Shown: piece after piece, positions 36,718-46,059 of the stretch
How positions within the stretch are numbered: the stretch's first letter is position 1
Layout: every line of letters starts with the position of its first letter
Source: a virus
Taxonomy: Duplodnaviria; Caudoviricetes
Length of the DNA stretch: 55,295 nt
IMG/VR virus record: IMGVR_UViG_3300005935_000016
Location: 1-55,295 of that record
Strand: one strand, 5' to 3'
The notes under the pieces: model-generated
The model's input: only the letters and a program-made list of their open reading frames with translations
The model's database searches: none
What the model was told of the DNA's origin: nothing
Position numbers and translations under genes: made by a program

Positions 36718-39615
36718 TTATCTTCTCCTATTTTGTATGGTTTCTGCCCATGTATATGACCGACTGCTATCGTATAGCCAACCAGTTGATGTGTTTAATT
36801 CTGACGTTAAAGATTTAGCTGGATAAGCAGGATCTCTTTTTGAACTAGAGTTAGTATCAAAGTATATTACAAACCATTTTGTCGAGTTAACTACTAAATC
36901 AGTTACTGTCTTCCACACGTATTGTACAGAATCAGTTGTTGTCTCTTTATAGTATCCAAATTCTATTAAGTTTACTACTGGCGTTTCGATTGCAGTATCA
37001 CTCATTAACAAACACTGTGCCTGTACATATCTAGATTCGTTTAAATTAGTTAACGTTGTGTTTTGATAATAATATGATGACCAGTTGTAAAATGATGTAA
37101 CCTCGTTTTGTGATAACGATCTATTGTATATAGCAACTTCGTCGATAGTACCATTAAACTGATCGATAATGTGATCACCAGTATTAAAGTGTCTAGCTCC
37201 AATAAAAAATCCAGTGGTTGATGAAACAAATCCAGCGTGCCAAGTTTCACTATCTTCTAAATTACCATTCACATACATAAGAACATCAGTTCCATTATAT
37301 GTCGCCAACACGTTATACCAACTAGTGTTGAGTATTTCAGTACGACCATTCAAAAATGTAGATCGATCTGTACCATTTCCTATTCTAAAATCTAAAAGAT
37401 TATTATCCCTAATTCTAAAATAAAATCCATCGTAAGTAACATCTGGAATACCAACTGCGATGATTGATTGATACGAGTCAGACTCGGATTTTTTAATCCA
37501 TGCTGATACTGTAAAATCTCCTGATATATTTAATGCAGGGTCTGTAATATTTATCATTCCATTATCTAAATCGAATGCTGACGCATTTTCGCCACTAAAT
37601 ACTCCGTATGTCGAATTAGGACATATCACACAAGTTCCATTAAAATTTCCTTGTTCATCTACAAATATATTGTAAGTTTCTCCAAGAGTAGCATTATTAT
37701 TTAATTTATAATATGATACTAATGATGTATCTGTAATATTAGGTCTTAACAAATCCGCGTTTCGTATTCTACAACTAAAATTACTCGGTTTATATATTGT
37801 TGACGTAAATATTCTTCGATATTCTACGAAATTTACACTAGGTCCAGCATCTATGATAGACGTTGTAAAATTACCGACTGTCGCGAACAGACCAAAATCA
37901 AATATTTCTTTTACGTTTGTTGGTGATAATGTACGATTCCATAAAGCGACTTCGTCGATTGACCCGTTAATTGATACGGTCGGTGACGAAACATAAAAAA
38001 CATTAGATGATTTTAATACTGTAGAACTATTTAATAACGAAGTACCAACCAATGAGCCATCGTAATAAGCCGACAAATATGTGTCATTCGTACTAACACA
38101 TACATGATGCCACTTGTAATCAAAATTTGATCTGCTAGGAACACTAAATGAATATGTAGAATCTGCAGTCCCATATAAATCGTAGTCTTCATATCTAACT
38201 ATATAATTTATATCTTCTGTATCATAATTATAATCAATATGTCTAAATCCATAAGCACCAGACGTGATAACTCTTGGATACATTAAGGTTGAATTACCAA
38301 CGATATAAAACCATGCACAAGTTGTAACATTATAACCACCGGTTTTGTTTATTTCACTAGCCCCGACAACAGTTAAAGAATCATCATCATTATCAAAATC
38401 ATATCTTTCGTGTACATGTATTATATTAGCAGATGGAGTTAAATCATAACCATTACCGCTAGTGTCTTTTGCATCCTTAGTAAATGGATAATTTGCAACT
38501 AGTCCAAAATTTAAAATATTAGTAGTGTTAAAATGTACATTTACGAACTCGATAGTGTCATCTGATGATATGTTATATGATTCGTACAACGAATTTAAAT
38601 CCGCAGTAATTGTAAATACAGTAGAATGAAATCCAGTCTTATATTGACCAGTGTTAATATCGAATTCAATTACAGATTCTGTTGATGGATCATAATATTT
38701 TATGTCGTCAACAGAGCCGATGTCATTATAATTATATATCGGTACACCACGTTGTGATAAGACAGATTGTTCTGCTGTTGATAATGATAGTTTTTCAATA
38801 GATTCTGTTGTCAATGGTTCACAAATTAACTGTACTTTATCGTTAAAAACAAATTCGCAATTATCTTCTTTTTCGTATACGTTTATAACGTAATATCCTA
38901 AAATACCCCCAGTTGGTATGATATATGTGTCTAAAATTGATTGTTCGGAAATAGAAGTTTTTTCTATATCTACCCCATCATCTAATTCGATGACAGGATC
39001 GATGTCTATATTACCATATTGTGGTTTGTAAGTATAATAAATTTTTCCGTTATATTGAGTAACGTAATTTAATTTTTCGATGTCAGTAGAGTAATCGAAA
39101 ATTAACCAACCATCTTGTATTGATGTGATGTTAGTTTTCTCTTGATTGACAGAATATATAGTTCCTTCATTCGTTACATCTAACTCTGTGTTTTTGTTAC
39201 GTAAATAACATTTAGAGTCTTGATCTTCGGGTGTCCAAGTAACACTGTCTTTAATACCAGACGATGTAATTACTAAACTACGTGTTAAATTTCCCTTTGA
39301 ATAATAAATGTCTTGTGAGATAATATATTTGTTATCTTCTTCTTCGTAGTGTATCTCACTATATTTTGTACCACGTTGTTTATACACAGTTTTATAACGA
39401 CTGTCTGACAAACAATATGGTTGCCATACACTTTCGCCGAGGTTTGAATAACCTTGTTTTATTTTTAACATTCCGTCATTAAAATATAAATCATAATCTT
39501 TACTTAATTCGTTTGGTATAGTAATTAATGCAGTGTCCTGTGTTATATATATTCCCATACCGCCAAACACGATAAGCGCAATTAATGCGTAATTAATAAT
39601 ATCTTCTTTTTTCAT
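36718..39615 (-). CDS. Membrane-targeted protein with two LamG/ConA-like domains
   Basis: N-terminal hydrophobic helix; WHHVCV..NGSIDEVALWNRTLS and FTVSAWIK..NGTIDEVAIYNRSLS; many N-x-S/T sequons. Confidence 0.8.
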   Translation of the reverse strand: MKKEDIINYALIALIVFGGMGIYITQDTALITIPNELSKDYDLYFNDGMLKIKQGYSNLGESVWQPYCLSDSRYKTVYKQRGTKYSEIHYEEEDNKYIISQDIYYSKGNLTRSLVITSSGIKDSVTWTPEDQDSKCYLRNKNTELDVTNEGTIYSVNQEKTNITSIQDGWLIFDYSTDIEKLNYVTQYNGKIYYTYKPQYGNIDIDPVIELDDGVDIEKTSISEQSILDTYIIPTGGILGYYVINVYEKEDNCEFVFNDKVQLICEPLTTESIEKLSLSTAEQSVLSQRGVPIYNYNDIGSVDDIKYYDPSTESVIEFDINTGQYKTGFHSTVFTITADLNSLYESYNISSDDTIEFVNVHFNTTNILNFGLVANYPFTKDAKDTSGNGYDLTPSANIIHVHERYDFDNDDDSLTVVGASEINKTGGYNVTTCAWFYIVGNSTLMYPRVITSGAYGFRHIDYNYDTEDINYIVRYEDYDLYGTADSTYSFSVPSRSNFDYKWHHVCVSTNDTYLSAYYDGSLVGTSLLNSSTVLKSSNVFYVSSPTVSINGSIDEVALWNRTLSPTNVKEIFDFGLFATVGNFTTSIIDAGPSVNFVEYRRIFTSTIYKPSNFSCRIRNADLLRPNITDTSLVSYYKLNNNATLGETYNIFVDEQGNFNGTCVICPNSTYGVFSGENASAFDLDNGMINITDPALNISGDFTVSAWIKKSESDSYQSIIAVGIPDVTYDGFYFRIRDNNLLDFRIGNGTDRSTFLNGRTEILNTSWYNVLATYNGTDVLMYVNGNLEDSETWHAGFVSSTTGFFIGARHFNTGDHIIDQFNGTIDEVAIYNRSLSQNEVTSFYNWSSYYYQNTTLTNLNESRYVQAQCLLMSDTAIETPVVNLIEFGYYKETTTDSVQYVWKTVTDLVVNSTKWFVIYFDTNSSSKRDPAYPAKSLTSELNTSTGWLYDSSRSYTWAETIQNRRR

Positions 39616-39616
39616 T

Positions 39617-41395
39617 TTATATACCTATCAACTCTGTAATATCTGCAGATTCATATGGCAATGCGTAACATTGATTGTTTACATAATCTACAACGCCTGA
39701 CGCGTTTAAACATTGTCCGTATTGGTTTACTTCATAAACTCTAATCGAATTTTGGTCGACATAGACCTTATCTGATTTACTAGAGTCGTATAATTGTAGT
39801 ACATCATCAGCCGACAATGTTTTATTAAGTATAATTAAACTATCAACTGTTCCGTTCATTGAATTATAAGCAGTAATATATATTTGAGTTTTGCCTAAAT
39901 TTATTGCACCGTCAACAAAACCTGATGCGACTTCGTCTACACCATCATAATATATCGTTGCATTTTTGTCTGTTTTATTATAAGTTAAACAAGTAAAATG
40001 CCAATCCCTGTCTGTATAATTTCCTAAACCATAGTTACCTATCACTATATTAGAATTATTTTCTGTATCAATTCTAGCGTATATTTGATTAGTGTCGTGA
40101 ATACCAGTAAAATGTAATCTAAATCGTCCTAAAGACCCGTTTCCAAGAGTAGATAATGATTCGTAATCTGTATATTCGTCTTCTTCTAATTTAGACCAAA
40201 TACACATCGAGATGTTATCATTCGACAAATCTAAATCTGATACAGCAGAATGCAAATACGAGTTATACCCGTCACAATAAACACCTTTTAAAATCTTCCC
40301 ATCATATACCCAATCAGTGTTAAAATCTGTCAGTGTATTATCGCCAACGATATCGTCAGTTTGACTTTCTTCGAATGGGTAATACGAAATAATATTATCT
40401 TCCATCCCAGATAAATCGTAATTTTGTGGACCAAGACCCAACTCTAAAAACTCTGTATCCCAATCGATAGTGTGATTAAATACTGGGATCGTCCAATTTC
40501 TTGGTCTATATGAATTATAAACATAAGTAATTTCTTCATCTGTCAATGATCTATTCCATATCATAAATTCGTCAACTGACCCGTTAAAATCGTTAACTTG
40601 ATTACCGTTAGCTAATAAACCGCCAATTAATATTTTAGCGTTTGAATCAAAAACCTGAGTTACTGTTTGGTTTAACACTGTTGTCACATCTTCCTGTTCA
40701 CCGTCTATATACATTTTAAAACTGCCATTATTAAACACGAAACCGATATGATGCCACTCGTCGTCTCCAACATCTGTTGTCGATCTAAATAGTTTTTGAG
40801 CTCCGATTGTTCCAGTTTGTTGAACTCTCATGTCTAATTTTGAAGGGACATTCCTAGAATATACCATATGCCATGAACGTTGATTGTTACCGAAATCGAA
40901 ATGTGAAACTGGACTACCGCCAGACTGAGACGGTCCTTTTGTCCATGCAAATACACTTAATTGTGTTCTGTTGTAACCAGTCTCTGGATAATCGGGAATA
41001 GTAATATAATCATTTTTTCCATCCACGAGATAACAGTCTTGTATTTTACAAGCCTCATACGAACCAGAAAACTCTGTTCCGTCGTGAGTAGAAATACTAT
41101 CTTCAGCGTTATTTTCTAAACGATACCATGCTGTTAAGCCATCGTAAACACTAGAAGTAGAAATAATTGGTGCTCTTTCATAATTTTCAATGCTAAATAT
41201 TGTGGCGAATGTCCACGTTTCGTTTTCTAATGCATCATGAACTATTGACCACGAGGGTATAGTCGACAATCCAATGTTTCTAATCGAATCAGAAATTGGA
41301 AAGCCAGAAATTATACTAATAACTAATAAAAGCAAAATAAGTATGCTTAATAAAATACAAAAAATTTTTTTGTTAACTTGTTTCATTTTATGCAA
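39617..41395 (-). CDS. Secreted/membrane-targeted protein with two LamG/ConA-like domains
   Basis: KK plus long hydrophobic N-terminal helix; WHHIGFVF..NGSVDEFMIWNRSL and WHFTCLTY..NGTVDSL. Confidence 0.8.
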   Translation of the reverse strand: MHKMKQVNKKIFCILLSILILLLLVISIISGFPISDSIRNIGLSTIPSWSIVHDALENETWTFATIFSIENYERAPIISTSSVYDGLTAWYRLENNAEDSISTHDGTEFSGSYEACKIQDCYLVDGKNDYITIPDYPETGYNRTQLSVFAWTKGPSQSGGSPVSHFDFGNNQRSWHMVYSRNVPSKLDMRVQQTGTIGAQKLFRSTTDVGDDEWHHIGFVFNNGSFKMYIDGEQEDVTTVLNQTVTQVFDSNAKILIGGLLANGNQVNDFNGSVDEFMIWNRSLTDEEITYVYNSYRPRNWTIPVFNHTIDWDTEFLELGLGPQNYDLSGMEDNIISYYPFEESQTDDIVGDNTLTDFNTDWVYDGKILKGVYCDGYNSYLHSAVSDLDLSNDNISMCIWSKLEEDEYTDYESLSTLGNGSLGRFRLHFTGIHDTNQIYARIDTENNSNIVIGNYGLGNYTDRDWHFTCLTYNKTDKNATIYYDGVDEVASGFVDGAINLGKTQIYITAYNSMNGTVDSLIILNKTLSADDVLQLYDSSKSDKVYVDQNSIRVYEVNQYGQCLNASGVVDYVNNQCYALPYESADITELIGI

Positions 41396-41780
41396 TTGTA
41401 TGCTTGTAAACGACTGTCACATAAATCGTATGTGTAGTAATCCCAGCTGCACAATGCAGTCTAATAGGAACAGTGCTTAAATCTGAAAAGTTGTCAAACT
41501 CGATTCGTTTAGTACTACCTAAATTAGCATAATAAAATTGTGCTTGTAATACCCCATCACTATCCTCGTGTGCGGGATCTCTCTCGTTTGCTGTACTCGC
41601 CGTAGCTTTTCGTAGTAAAGTGAATTTTGCGTCAGCGTCTGCTGCTACTGAATATACGTATAATGCCTGAACACTCCATTTAGTATCACGGTTTAGTGTT
41701 AGTGCTTGTTCATAGTCATCTGAACCGTTATAAGCTAATGAATATGTTTCTGTAAAAAGTTGATAATCTGATTGTCCCAT
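41388..41780 (-). CDS. Hypothetical structural-region protein
   Basis: GGAG RBS; beta-rich. Confidence 0.55.
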   Translation of the reverse strand: MGQSDYQLFTETYSLAYNGSDDYEQALTLNRDTKWSVQALYVYSVAADADAKFTLLRKATASTANERDPAHEDSDGVLQAQFYYANLGSTKRIEFDNFSDLSTVPIRLHCAAGITTHTIYVTVVYKHTIA

Positions 41781-41854
41781 TGTTTGTTAATCTCCGAAAT
41801 GTTTTTTGTTTAAATATATATAAAAAAATAAAAAAAAGAAAAACCCAGCTATAT

Positions 41855-42613
41855 TTATACTGGATTTCCGTCTGCTTTCCATGCAAACAGTTTTGATGGA
41901 TCTGAACTTTCTACTCCGAATGATCCAGCTTGTGTGTAAATCAAACCAAATGATGTTCCTAAAGCCCCTGATCCAGCGTTAACCGATACTATTGGTGCGT
42001 CGAAAAATGGTGTTCCGAATACTACATCTAGTTTACTTCCAGCTCCTGTTTCTCCGGTAGCTCTGAGGGTTGTAGTTTGTGTCCATGCTGTTGGACTTCC
42101 GTTGAGTGCAGTCCGTGGCATTCTGTGAACACCTGCTTCAGAAATGTTAGATCCTTGTATATCACCTGTTGAATAAACTTGAGCTCCTGAGATCATTACG
42201 TCTCCAAACACTCTACCTGCTTCTACACTTCCTGTTGCGAATACATTCAATCCTGATACATGTGTTGCTCCAATTACTGTGTCACCAGTCACGCTTGCGT
42301 TTGCGTAAACGTTGTTTCCTGATACATGTGTTGCTCCAATTACTGTGTCACCAGTCACGCTTGCGTTTGCGTAAACGTTGTTTCCTGAAACCATTACGTC
42401 TGCTACAACTTTGTCTGCTTGTACACTGCCTGCTGCGAATACATTAGTTCCGCTTATGGTTGGTGTCGTGAATGATGTTGTTGCATATATAGTTGTACCA
42501 CTAATTGTTGCTGATTGCACACTAGTTGCACCATAAACATTAGTTCCGCTAATAACCGCTGTTGAGGTTACTGCTTGATTTACTTCTTCAAATCCTAATC
42601 CGTCTGTTGTCAT
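41855..42613 (-). CDS. Head fibre/decoration-like protein with beta-repeats
   Basis: ISGTNVY-type repeats; C-terminal VVFGTPF..PIV..FAWKA lectin-like module; follows the capsid gene. Confidence 0.6.
   Translation of the reverse strand: MTTDGLGFEEVNQAVTSTAVISGTNVYGATSVQSATISGTTIYATTSFTTPTISGTNVFAAGSVQADKVVADVMVSGNNVYANASVTGDTVIGATHVSGNNVYANASVTGDTVIGATHVSGLNVFATGSVEAGRVFGDVMISGAQVYSTGDIQGSNISEAGVHRMPRTALNGSPTAWTQTTTLRATGETGAGSKLDVVFGTPFFDAPIVSVNAGSGALGTSFGLIYTQAGSFGVESSDPSKLFAWKADGNPV
42252..42388. repeat. Perfect 66-bp tandem repeat (22 aa)
   Basis: Units start at 42252, 42318 and (partial) 42384. Confidence 0.9.
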
Positions 42614-42657
42614 ATTGTTTTACCTCCTAAAATAAAAACTAAAAATCAAAACCCCAA

Positions 42658-43509
42658 TTAAGAGGTTGTGATTTTTGCAATTGCATTTGTTCTTACTGCT
42701 TTTGCAGTAATTCTTTGTGTAATTGCTGCGCCTTTACTATCTAATAAAGGTAAATCGAAATTCTCAACAGTTAAAGGTCTTTTTTCTCCAATTACGTATG
42801 CAAATTCTCTGTCAAATACGTATGATGATGTTGTTGTCATACCAGCATTTGTTGAAACTTTATATACTTTCATACCGTAAATGTTTCCAATAAAACCTCT
42901 TGATAACATGTCGTTACTTCCAGATTTATCCACTTCTGTAAATGTGTCAATGTTTCTAATATCGTTAGCAACTTCCATTCCTAAAGCAAATGTTGTAGGA
43001 TTAAAGTCGTTATCTTCTAAATATTGCATTGCTCTTGTGATGTTTGCAATAGTAATTGCAGCTCCACCACCAATTGTATTTGCAGCTGTGTCTAATTGTG
43101 TAACAATTAGTGAGTTTTCGTTTTCAGCTAATCTTTTTCCAGCAACTCTAATGTTGTGCTGTAATAAATTAAATTGTGCGTCTTCTAATAAATCTTTAGT
43201 GATTCTAATTGAAACACCGTATTTTGCAGGTCTAATATTTATATTGGTGTAATCAACTTCATCCATTTCGATTTCGTTGTACTCTCCAAGTTGTCTAACC
43301 TGTAAACTATCTGGTGTTGCCAAGTTTAAATCCAAACTTGAAGCTGTAATCTGTGATGGACCTAAATACATCATTGCTTCACTTCGTGGAATTAAAGCTT
43401 TCTCGGTTTCCTCGATCAACATTGCGTGGATCTTCTTAGGAATCAACAGTGAACCCTCTGTACCTTTTGCAGTACTTAAAAATTCTTTAACATATTGAAA
43501 TTCTGTCAT
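42658..43509 (-). CDS. Major capsid protein (HK97 fold)
   Basis: GSLLIP, GEYNEI, KYGVSIRITKDLLED, GFIGNIYGMKV. Confidence 0.9.
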   Translation of the reverse strand: MTEFQYVKEFLSTAKGTEGSLLIPKKIHAMLIEETEKALIPRSEAMMYLGPSQITASSLDLNLATPDSLQVRQLGEYNEIEMDEVDYTNINIRPAKYGVSIRITKDLLEDAQFNLLQHNIRVAGKRLAENENSLIVTQLDTAANTIGGGAAITIANITRAMQYLEDNDFNPTTFALGMEVANDIRNIDTFTEVDKSGSNDMLSRGFIGNIYGMKVYKVSTNAGMTTTSSYVFDREFAYVIGEKRPLTVENFDLPLLDSKGAAITQRITAKAVRTNAIAKITTS

Positions 43510-43526
43510 TTTTTTCTATTCTCCTT

Positions 43527-43964
43527 TTAATAAGCCCCGATAGTTACTACTGTGTAACCTTCAGAACCTGCACTTGTTACAGCTCTTCCGATCGGTACGT
43601 TTCCGCCTGACCATGCTGCTGCGTCAATGTCTGCAACCCCATCAGTTCCGTTTGTAACTACTGGTTGCCCTGCTGTTGTGTCTCCGTATGCTCCTACGAT
43701 ACAATCTCCAGCCCTATGTACTACTACTAATGCTCCGCTTGCTGCGTTATGCATTGCGATTCCAGTGAATGCTCCACCGCTTGCACTTACTGCAAATTCG
43801 ATGTCTGATCTTACTAAACTAGTAGCTCCTGAAATGTTTACTTTACCTGTTGCGCCTGAGCAATATACGAATTGTCCGCCTGAAATTACTTCTCTTGCAA
43901 TTCCACCTAGGGTTCGTGGTACTCCGCCGTCTAATACAGGTTCATATTGTGTTGTGAATGCCAT
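43527..43964 (-). CDS. Capsid cement/decoration protein
   Basis: GIAMHNAASG..AGQPV..IGRAVT pattern; between scaffold and capsid genes. Confidence 0.7.
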   Translation of the reverse strand: MAFTTQYEPVLDGGVPRTLGGIAREVISGGQFVYCSGATGKVNISGATSLVRSDIEFAVSASGGAFTGIAMHNAASGALVVVHRAGDCIVGAYGDTTAGQPVVTNGTDGVADIDAAAWSGGNVPIGRAVTSAGSEGYTVVTIGAY

Positions 43965-43978
43965 TTTTTAATCCTCCA

Positions 43979-45427
43979 TTAATAGCTACCGCTCTGGTTT
44001 GGCATTTTCCAAAATGAGTATTTCCCATTTGCCATTTTTTCCATACAGTAACCGTTAAAATCTTCACCAACTTCTGCTGTTTCAACTACACTCTTAGTGA
44101 CTGTTTCTTCAGCTTTCTCGTCTTCTTTTGTTTCTTTTTCTGCTTCCTTCTCTTCAGCTTCTTCTTTAACAGCTTTTAATTCTGCTAATTCAGCTTTCAG
44201 TGGAGCAATTTTGTCTTCTAAAACTTGAGCAATTGATTCTGTTAACTTACTCATGTCAAAAGCTTCTTGCTTAGTTTCTACAACTGTTTCAGTTTCAGTA
44301 TTTTCTGCAACTGTTTCAGTTTTTACTACTTTTTCTTCTGTCATTTTACTCTCCTCCGAATAATTTTCGTTTAATTCTAATTCAACGTTTTCTGCACCGG
44401 ATTTTAACGCTTTCGCGTGTGCTTCTAGGTGTGTTCGTGATGCAGTTTTTTGTGTTGATGTCAAATCAGTTTGGTCTAATCTAGCCAAAGCAATTTTCAA
44501 CTGTGGTAAGTCCACTGTTGTATGCTCCATACCAGATTTTACACCAGTTCCATGATGTGGTAATTTTCTCAAACTTATGAGAACTGTTTTCCCGTCGTCA
44601 TCCTTTTTACCACTAGGTAATATAATTGCAAATGCCTCGTCTGGCAATTCACTAATAAACTTTGTATCCCAAAGTGCTTCTGTGTTTGAAGTTTCTTCGG
44701 TTTCAACAGTTTCTTCCTTTTCTTCTTTTGTTTCTTTTTCAGTTTCTTCTTCAGATTCAGTTTCTTTCTCCGGAGTTTCTTCGGTTTCTTCTGCGTCTGC
44801 AATTTCTTCCTCAGTACCCTTTGATTCTTCTTCTGTATCTTCAGTTTTTGTTTCTGATTCTTTTTTAGGTTCTTCTGTTTTAACTTCTGATTCTTCTTTA
44901 GGATCTTCTTCTTTTTCTTTAACTTTAAAATCTCCAACACTTTCTAATATTGGTTGAATTCGTCGTTTATCGCTTTCAGTTTTAAATTTGTCCATCTGTT
45001 TCAATGTTTGTTTCATAGATGTTCCATTTACCCCTGGTGTTGGTGTTGTGCTAAGTTCCATGTAATGAATCCCCTTCGCTATAACGAAATCAGAATCCTC
45101 ACTCTCCTTTACTAACTTATCCACCATAGCACCGATACTAACTTCTTTGATCCGACCGTCAGATATTCGTTCAGTAATCTGACTTCCGTCCTCTTTTACC
45201 CAGCCACTATACGATAAACCAACACCGTTTTCGTCAACGACGAAAGAAGCTTCTAAAGTTCTGCCAATAACATTATCGGTCTTTGAAATATGATCTTTTA
45301 AAATTGGTTTGTCTGACAACTCAGCTGCCGTCAATTTAATTTCTTCTTCGGAATACATTATTCCGTTTTTACTAAGACCTGGTCTTAGTGCAATACCTTC
45401 AACATGAATAACTCTTTCTTCTATCAT
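43979..45427 (-). CDS. Prohead protease-scaffold fusion
   Basis: EGIA..SKNG..PILKDH, EVSIG, ELS..PG protease; acidic linkers and coiled coil; internal LPDEAFA..RKLPHH domain. Confidence 0.8.
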   Translation of the reverse strand: MIEERVIHVEGIALRPGLSKNGIMYSEEEIKLTAAELSDKPILKDHISKTDNVIGRTLEASFVVDENGVGLSYSGWVKEDGSQITERISDGRIKEVSIGAMVDKLVKESEDSDFVIAKGIHYMELSTTPTPGVNGTSMKQTLKQMDKFKTESDKRRIQPILESVGDFKVKEKEEDPKEESEVKTEEPKKESETKTEDTEEESKGTEEEIADAEETEETPEKETESEEETEKETKEEKEETVETEETSNTEALWDTKFISELPDEAFAIILPSGKKDDDGKTVLISLRKLPHHGTGVKSGMEHTTVDLPQLKIALARLDQTDLTSTQKTASRTHLEAHAKALKSGAENVELELNENYSEESKMTEEKVVKTETVAENTETETVVETKQEAFDMSKLTESIAQVLEDKIAPLKAELAELKAVKEEAEEKEAEKETKEDEKAEETVTKSVVETAEVGEDFNGYCMEKMANGKYSFWKMPNQSGSY

Positions 45428-45428
45428 T

Positions 45429-45596
45429 TTAGTTATCCTCTGTTACCTGTATATACGTTGTAAAAATTACTGGAACGTGTTCTGCTACTATTATCATTCC
45501 ATCTTCATCAAGCTTAACTTCTTTCTTTTTTTCGAGTTGTAAGTCTTCGTTGATAATATCAGTTGTTTTGTCTGCTTCTTGTTTTAAATCTGTCAT
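45429..45596 (-). CDS. Small acidic protein (55 aa, not in ORF track)
   Basis: GGAGG RBS, first gene after late promoter copy 2. Confidence 0.6.
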   Translation of the reverse strand: MTDLKQEADKTTDIINEDLQLEKKKEVKLDEDGMIIVAEHVPVIFTTYIQVTEDN

Positions 45597-45680
45597 TTTA
45601 GAATCCTCCGAGTTGCCTTTTTAATATTATTTATTTTTTAGACGTTATAAAAATTATATATATAATATAGTTAAATATGA

Positions 45681-45708
45681 TTTATAAATGTAATTTCTAG
45701 ATATATAT
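45681..45708 (-). promoter_or_regulatory. Conserved late-type promoter, copy 2
   Basis: TTTATAAATGTAATTTCTAGATATATAT. Confidence 0.75.
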
Positions 45709-46056
45709 TTAATCCTCAGATTCTATATACCTTAAAGTTATTTTAACTAAATTATGTGGTGATGTTCTTACTTCAATTAGTAAGATGTCGAACAAACACA
45801 TTTCTGCGACACTATGTAAATACACTTCTTCGTCATTCCCAGTAAACGCTTTTTTCCTAATATTATATTCCCTAGTTCCTAAAATTGATTTGTGATCGAA
45901 AACTCGAATTCCTTTCGTGGTCTCTATTAATATATTAGCAGACTTGTCTGTTTCCACGATTACACTTTTTAATATTCCACGAATAAGTGGTGTGTCTATG
46001 AATACTTCGCCAATGTCTCCGCCGTTTGCTCTTACTTCTAATTGTTGTATTTTCAT
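45709..46056 (-). CDS. Hypothetical structural-region protein
   Basis: Tightly packed ORF. Confidence 0.55.
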   Translation of the reverse strand: MKIQQLEVRANGGDIGEVFIDTPLIRGILKSVIVETDKSANILIETTKGIRVFDHKSILGTREYNIRKKAFTGNDEEVYLHSVAEMCLFDILLIEVRTSPHNLVKITLRYIESED

Positions 46057-46059
46057 TTT

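Noticed and set aside
44575-44957. Overlapping Lys-rich and Ser/Phe-rich ORFs
   Set aside because: Frame and antisense shadows of the low-complexity acidic scaffold linker; the other antisense ORFs in the track were rejected likewise.
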